Translations under genes and position numbers: made by a program
Shown here: in pieces, positions 36,759 to 43,259 of the stretch
Layout of the letters: every line of letters begins with the position of its first letter
How positions within the stretch are numbered: the stretch's first letter is position 1
The notes under the pieces: generated by a model
Seen by the model: the letters and a program-made list of their open reading frames with translations, nothing else
Told to the model about the DNA's origin: nothing
Database searches by the model: none
Assembly: GCA_021432655.1 (NCBI GenBank)
Contig: MU271347.1
Coordinates: 1 to 43,259 of the forward strand
DNA length: 43,259 bases
Direction: 5' to 3'
Source: Atractiella rhizophila
Taxonomy: Eukaryota

Positions 36759-37754
36759 ATGGCAGCATCTCCAACAGTGTATCCCTTCAAGGTTCGTCCC
36801 TCTAACTGAGCTACGGCAACATCTAAAGAGCTGGACTAGTTGGTGCTTCTCGGCGAATCAGCCGTGGGAAAGTCTTCGCTCGTTCTCCAGTTCGTAAAGG
36901 GGCAATTCGACGACTACAGGTACCATTCATCACTGAGACAAGGGCAGACTGTTGATGATCTTGGTGCGGGGTCGCTAGGGAGAGCACGATCGGAGCTGCG
37001 TTCTTGACGCAGACGGTAGAGGTCGCAGAAGGAAAGGTGGTCAAGTTCGAGGTTCGCCCATCCTTCTATCTTTGCACGGGAAACGTGGTAAAGTGTGCTT
37101 CGGACAGATATGGGATACAGCAGGGCAAGAGCGCTACAAATCTCTCGGTGCGTCGTCCCACGATCTCATCCAGAACAGAAGCTCATGCATGACGCTGCAG
37201 CGCCGATGTACTACGTCAGTCCTCCCATCCTCATCCTTGTTCACGCCACCACACTGAGAAATGTTCTGGCGAAAGCGCAACGCAAACTGTGCCGTAGTCG
37301 TATATGACATCACCTCTCCCTCGTCCCTCACCAAAGCCCAATCCTGGATCCGGGAACTGCAGCGCCAAGCAGATCCCAACATCCTCGTCTGCCTCGCCGG
37401 TTCGTCTCCCTCCAACCCCACCGCACCCTCCTCCTCCACATCCTCCACCGCACGATCCTGTTCTCTTCTAACTGACGCTCCTTCCTCCTCTTTCTAGGGA
37501 ACAAACTCGACCTCCAAGCGCACCGCTCCATCTCCACCACCGAAGCCGAACAATACGCCCAATCCGAGGGCCTCCTCTTCTTCGAGTGCTCCGCAAAGTC
37601 GGGAGAGAACGTCCACGCCATATTCGAGAGCTTGGCGAAGAAGCTGCCGCTGGACGAACGCGCGGCTAGCGGAAGGAGGGCCGGGTTGGTGGGCAGCGGG
37701 AAGGATAAGGTGGAGCTGAAGCAGGGGTGGAGCGCACCCGGTGGTTGCTGCTAG
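36759..37754 (+). CDS. YPT5: Rab5-family GTPase (Ypt5/Ypt52/Vps21-like)
   Basis: Spliced [51 protein letters not shown]...[34 protein letters not shown]...AGNKLDL...FFECSAK...GGCC*. Confidence 0.93.
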
Positions 37755-38137
37755 AGAGAACGGATCGGGCGAATGCCGAGTCATACATTACACGGTATCG
37801 TGGTATTGTGTGGTTGGAAAGGATGAGGCTTCCGTGAATGGTGGACGTTCGGTTTAGTTTTGTTCCTGCCTTTACTTTCTTGGTTGCTCCATGTTTTATG
37901 AGCGCCAGTTGTATAATTTTAATGTTGGTCTTTCTAGAATTTGGGAGGTTGAATTGCTCTCAAATTAAATGCTTGCCTCACAACACATGCGTCTTTGGTA
38001 TTCAGTATCTAAACGTGGGACTGTCACCCTTTCCTTTCAAGTTTGATCCGTCCAAAGATTGAGTAGAATATTATCACGCTGGTAAAGGTGCGTTTGACAA
38101 ACCCAAAGTGACTGCCAGATCAAATGCAAAGCTTCCA

Positions 38138-41100
38138 CTACTCGCTCCTCCAAACGGTGACCGTAGACGCAAAATCGTTCCTATTATCCTTCTCCAACAC
38201 CGTATCCTTCCCACTGACCGTCACCATCGCCGTCGAACGAACCGTCGAGAGCCCCAAGATCCTGACAGCCTTGCTGGCGGTGTCGATGCTCGCGATCCGG
38301 GGTTGACAGTTCTGGTTGGCTCCGCACGCTTCGCTGTAGGAGCTGAAGAAGGAATAGAGGCCGGCGGAGCCGACGATTATGTTGGAGGACTTGGAGATGG
38401 AGAGTCCCCAGGCGTTGGAGGTCGCAGCGGGGTCGGTCGAGATTCGAGGGAATGAAGGGGAGGCGGTGGGTTGGAAGTAAGGCTGGGAGCACTCGTCAGT
38501 CTCGAACGCCTTTGCTTTTGATGGTGCGGAAGACTTACTGTTTCTGTTTGGATAAGACCTAGAAGGGACTGCGTCAACTATAACTACAATGAGCAGGGGA
38601 ACCATACCCATGAAGACGTTCGAAGCTCCGGCTACGTTGAACTGGTAAAGAGTGTTGTGCTCTGAGCCGGTGCCAACTAACTAAGTAAAGTCAAGTCAGT
38701 GTATTTTACGTGGTTGAATCTCGAAAGGAACGCACCCATACTGGTCCCTTAGCACTCTCAACAAGCACACCCCTGGGCACATAAACATCGATCTGTCTCT
38801 GATCCTTATCCTCTGTTATCGCATCGCTCAATCTCTTCCAGTCGTATCCTACGAAAAGTAATGTAGAAGTACTCACCGATATCATGGTCCGCGGTCCAGA
38901 TCCAGTTATTCTCAAAGTACCCACTCCCGCCACTCGTGACATGGAGGCCTATGTTAGCCGCAATGCAGTCGTTTCCATTCCTCTGCTTTTGGCACTGCGA
39001 ATACCTGCGTTCTATTCAGTATCCCTTCTTTCTACGTTGTGAATCATCGATCACCTGAGGTTGGTTCCATAAGCGCCTCCAATCCGGACGTGGGTATCCC
39101 ACATCCCTCCTTTCTGTCCAGCATCGATATTCCACTCCACGACTTTCGCACCTGTACCGGTTACCACAAACCATCTTATAAATTGATTCGTCAAAGAGAG
39201 AGAAGAAGGGACACACCAGCGGCCCCTGCTTGAGTACCAAATACCATCCCCGAAATCTCCATCACGCCTTTACTGCCCTTTGTGCCAACTTGGATGACGG
39301 GACGGGGAGAGGAGGCGGATGCAAAGTTCGCGCCATAGCCGAGAATGACGGGGTACGATTCGCCTACGATGCGTGTGCCAGGTGGGACTTTAATGGTGTT
39401 CTTCACGCGGTAGATGCCGGCATCGAAGTCTGTATATCAAAAGGGTAAGAGACGTGGTTAAAGGTAGAGAAGGAGCAAAGGTGAATAGAAGTCTTGGAGG
39501 GGATGAAGAACGAACAGATGATTTTGCAACCTGCGTTCTGTGAGACAAATACTTAGCCTATCCATCTATTGCAGGAGTGGTAAGAAGGGAGACTTACAGC
39601 GCTTAACACCTTATTAATGGCATCCGTATCGTCCGCCTTTCCATCCCCCTTCGCACCCGCCGCCTTGACGCTAACGAAATCTGTCGTTTTATACTGTTCA
39701 TACTGCGGCCGACTTCTTCCATACCACTTCCCGCTGCTAGAATCCAACAGAGTGGCCGGTTTCGTCCATCCAATATTGTAGCTTCCCTTCTTCGTCGACT
39801 TAGTGGTAGAGGATCCAGTATACGTGTTCCCTTCGACCCACCACTGCACTCTCTTCGTCTTACCCGCCCCAGGTCCTGAAATCACGTTCGTAGAGCCCTG
39901 TACAAGGGTGTTTACCACGTCTTTAAGGTAAGTGTTATCGAGCACCAAACTGTGGCTGTCCGCGACGGAAGGAGTGCGGACGAAGATGGGGGAAGAGGAA
40001 ATGGAGCTGTCGGAGATGAAGGTGTGACGGGCGGCGGCGGAGAGGTCGATTCCGACCTTATCATCGTTAAGGTCATTAGCGGCAGTAGAAATTACCGTGA
40101 GAGAAGGGAAGGACGTACGGAACAGTTCTTGATCACGGTGCCGAGGAATGTCATCCCCCAGTTCCAGCTAACGAAGATTCCTGCCCCTTGAGCATTCGCG
40201 GCATTCACATTTCTGTCACGCCACAAATCGAAAACAAAAATGAGCTAGTGTGCAGTATGCTAGAGGGGGGAAGGGAAGCGAAAGATAGAGCGTACCGAAC
40301 AGTGAATTCTGTTGTCCAATCAGCAGGTCAGGATGAGAAGGTGAGAGAGAGGAGCGGACGTTGGTTTCCTATCCACTACATCCAGAATAAAGTTAGCCTG
40401 GATGAACCGAGTTGAACAGGGAAGGGAAGGAAGACGGACAAGTCCGTATTCTCCTCCGACAGTAGTCAAATCACTGTCTCCTCCTCAGTTCTTTCTTTCT
40501 CTTCAACGAACCAAATGAAAAGATGACGAACCTCAGAAATCCACCTGATAGAACCAAGACGGATTTCTCAGCTTCACGCTCTTCAAGGGAAGGAAACGCT
40601 CACCGCTTCCATTCTCGCAAAAGACACCTATCCCATTCCCTTAGCTCTTCCTCCTTCAAACTCAAAAGCAGAAAGGAGGAGAGGGGTAAACGAACCTTGA
40701 TGTTTGCTCCCCTTCTTCTGGCTCATCCTCACCTCGACATTCTGTAACGACGTCGCCTGTGAGACTTGCCAGTGTATACCTCTCGCCACCGTCGCCGGAG
40801 GGACCTATTCACACGGGAACGAGGCACCTCCTATCAGTGCTCCAGGTTGATCGGATGACCGCGTGATTGTTAATGGGAGTGGGGAGGACTCACGGAGGTG
40901 GTGTCGACTATGAGGTTGCGTATGGATCGGAAGAATTGGTTGGTGTTGAAGTACCAGTTGTTTCCATTCGTATCTGTGTTCCATGCATCATTCCTGTCCA
41001 TTGACAAAGACGCAAACGAAATCTGGATTGAAAGGAAGACGAACCGTATGGATCGGCGTCTGTACACGCATCACCAATTCCATACCATCAGTTTCTTAAA

Positions 41101-41836
41101 TTATTCTGTAGGCAGTACGGAAAGAGGGAGGAAGAGGAGAAGACGAACCTATGACCGCAATTCCAGCATTTGGAGAACTGAAAGAGAACGCAGAGGAAGC
41201 CTTGATGATGGCTCTGTTGGAAGGGTCTCCGACAAGCTGTGTGTAGTAGAATTGGATGATGGGTTTCTTGACGAGGTAAGTGCCTGGATCATAAAGAACG
41301 TCATTCGGTATGCTGTTCGAAATGGGAATGGACGAAGGGACAGACCTGGTGGGAAGTAGACAGTGGCAGGAGTTGCAGTCGTCGCTTGTCCCACACCTTC
41401 ATCAACAAGTCTCACATAGAAAGAGGAAAGAAGAAAGACAAACCAGGACATCCATACCCACACCTATTCCCGTCCGAAATAGCTAGATTGATAGCATCCG
41501 TGTCGTCCTATAAGAAAAGTTACTCTCCAAACTAATTGAATATGACAAAGTGAAAGGGAACGAAGCGCGTACGGTGACTCCATCCCCCTTCGCACCATAC
41601 TGCTTCACATTCCTAAACACCTTGTAGCTGCCCGGAGAGGACGCGTAGGGTGCGCTGCCGTGGATGCCGCCGAGGGATTGGAGCCAGTAGGAAGAAGGGT
41701 TGGAGGGGGAGAGCGTGCATGTTGCGCGGGTCACGAGGTGAGAATGAGAATGAGAATGGGAGTGGGAGTGGGAGCGAGCGTGGGGAGAGTGCACGTGTGC
41801 GAGAATGAGCGGGAGGAGGAAAAGAATGTATAACAT
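38138..41836 (-). CDS. GH55 exo-beta-1,3-glucanase (secreted, two beta-helix domains, many introns)
   Basis: Signal peptide; YKVFRNVKQYGAKGDGVT|DDTDAIN; ATVYFPPG; NQFFRSIRN; IHWQVSQATSL; SRPQYEQY; GAKGDGKADDTDAIN; GTGSEHNTLYQFN; QTET|PYFQP; AGLYSFF. Confidence 0.92.
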
Positions 41837-42464
41837 GGTCAATGTTAATCAATTAACTGCTGAAGGAGTGAGATGAGGAGCTGTTTGGAAAGAAGCATAG
41901 GAATGTTGGAACCCTTCGATTCAATGTGAGAATCGGGAACATCCGAATCGGTGAGGGAAGAACTTTGTCGTCGGAATGCTCCGAGAGGGTCCGTCAGTTC
42001 ACTGAAATTGTTAACAGTGTTCACATTTGTGACATTACTCTGAAGTTCATGCCTATCACACTGCGCAAATATGGAGATTGAAGCACTGGGTGAAGAAACG
42101 ACAAGTAACATCTAATTTTCCGATCATGGCACTTCAGGGTATGATGGCCTCCAGCGAGGATGGACAAGTCCATTTCAGTCAAGTTACAACGAGGCAATTA
42201 CGGTCTAAGTTGTCTCAAGACAATAATGCAAGAGTCCAGTTTGTGGTTTATAAATATGAAAAGGTGTGAAAGTAGTAAACCCATGGAAGGGACGGCTTAA
42301 GCGTAGAAGGAGTAAAGTCACGATGGGAACATCTAACGGAAAACTACTGCCGCCTAGAAGGAGCGTGATACGGTTGCTCTTCCACTTGTGCCATCAACCA
42401 TAGACTATTCCACGAATCAAGTTTCGTTTCGTCAACGAGGCATGAGGTAACAAGACGAATCTAC

Positions 42465-43259
42465 CTACACATCCTCCTTCTGCAAATCCAATACTTCAAC
42501 ATCCCACCTGGGCTCGTAAGGTCTGGAAGGCACCACAGTCGTGCCATTCTTCCGCAACATCCTTCTCAAACCTTCCTCACCAGCAAGGAGTCGACTCGCA
42601 TACCTCCCCAGTTTCGGAAACTCCCCATTCTCCAGTCGTCTCGTCATTTCCTTCACACTCGCTCTGATGTCCGCTTCATAGGCACGAAGTCCGATAGACA
42701 TATTATCGTTGAATTTCTCCTTCAATAATAGGGATTCGATGCATGACGGGATGCGGGCAATGTGCGCGGCGAGGAGAGTGGATCCCTTCACGTCCACCCT
42801 GTTTGATATTGGGGAGGTGTGTGAAAACTTGCGGTGTGAAGGCAAGTTCGTCGTAATCGCCAGTTTTCCAGAGAGGGGTGTAGGAGAATCTCTTCAGCGT
42901 CGTCCCAATTTGGGAGGCAGCGAAAAATCTTTCGACCCAGCCGGCAGGGATCTCGAATTCGCTCCCAGAATCTCGGATACGGAGTTCTCTCAGTGACAGA
43001 TCGTTGAGACGTCCGTGAGTAACAGAGTTGAACACATTTGCAAATTCGATGAGACTAGTTAAACTAATAGAACACCTGACGAAGTGAAGGATTGTCAGAT
43101 TGTCGAGTCCTGTCGCTTTTGGGATCGTTGCAGTCTCGCTAATTAAGGAACATCCTTGTTCAAAATGGCACTCGAAGAACCTCAATGCTCTTAAGCTCGA
43201 GTTCGCATTCTCAGCAAGGAGAAAATCCAGCAGTGCAGGTTCACCCAAGGTGAGACGAA
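42465..43259 (-). CDS. C-terminal part of an LRR/RNI-like (probably F-box-type) protein; 5' end outside the window; one frame change near 42798
   Basis: LRALRFFEC, LDNLTILHFVRC, LSLRELRI, LKRFSY and LPNIKQ/VDV repeats across two overlapping ORFs. Confidence 0.55.

Overview
Eukaryotic, intron-rich fungal DNA. It looks basidiomycete-like by inference from the short GT-AG introns with CTRAY branch sites, the micro-exons and the gene set. The supplied ORF track shows only exon fragments, so I spliced the genes by eye. In order the window holds: a GPI-anchored class-3 lipase-fold gene whose nucleophile Ser is replaced by Gly, head-to-head with a truncated paralog; a decayed repeat region and a 941-N gap; Rho2 GTPase; a secreted, GPI-anchored hybrid-B-type heme peroxidase; an intronless F-box/LRR-like gene; TRM8; an APH/choline-kinase-like phosphotransferase plus a decayed paralog; the ER Hsp70 LHS1/GRP170 (HDEL); a two-RRM Mei2-like protein with a 1.6-kb first intron; a Rab5/Ypt5 GTPase; a GH55 exo-beta-1,3-glucanase; and a partial LRR-like gene. 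From 9.1 to 32.3 kb three consecutive loci occur as slightly diverged tandem copies (peroxidase x2, TRM8+APH x2, LHS1 x3), and two of the junctions are non-templated poly(A) runs. These are most likely overlapping haplotype contigs joined in tandem, although three sequence types at LHS1 leave real duplication open. I saw no rRNA, tRNA or CRISPR array. I cannot claim a proven new system. The best candidates are the GPI pseudo-lipase pair, the in-frame-spliceable peroxidase duplication, the CpA>TpA-like relic and the giant intron of the RRM gene.
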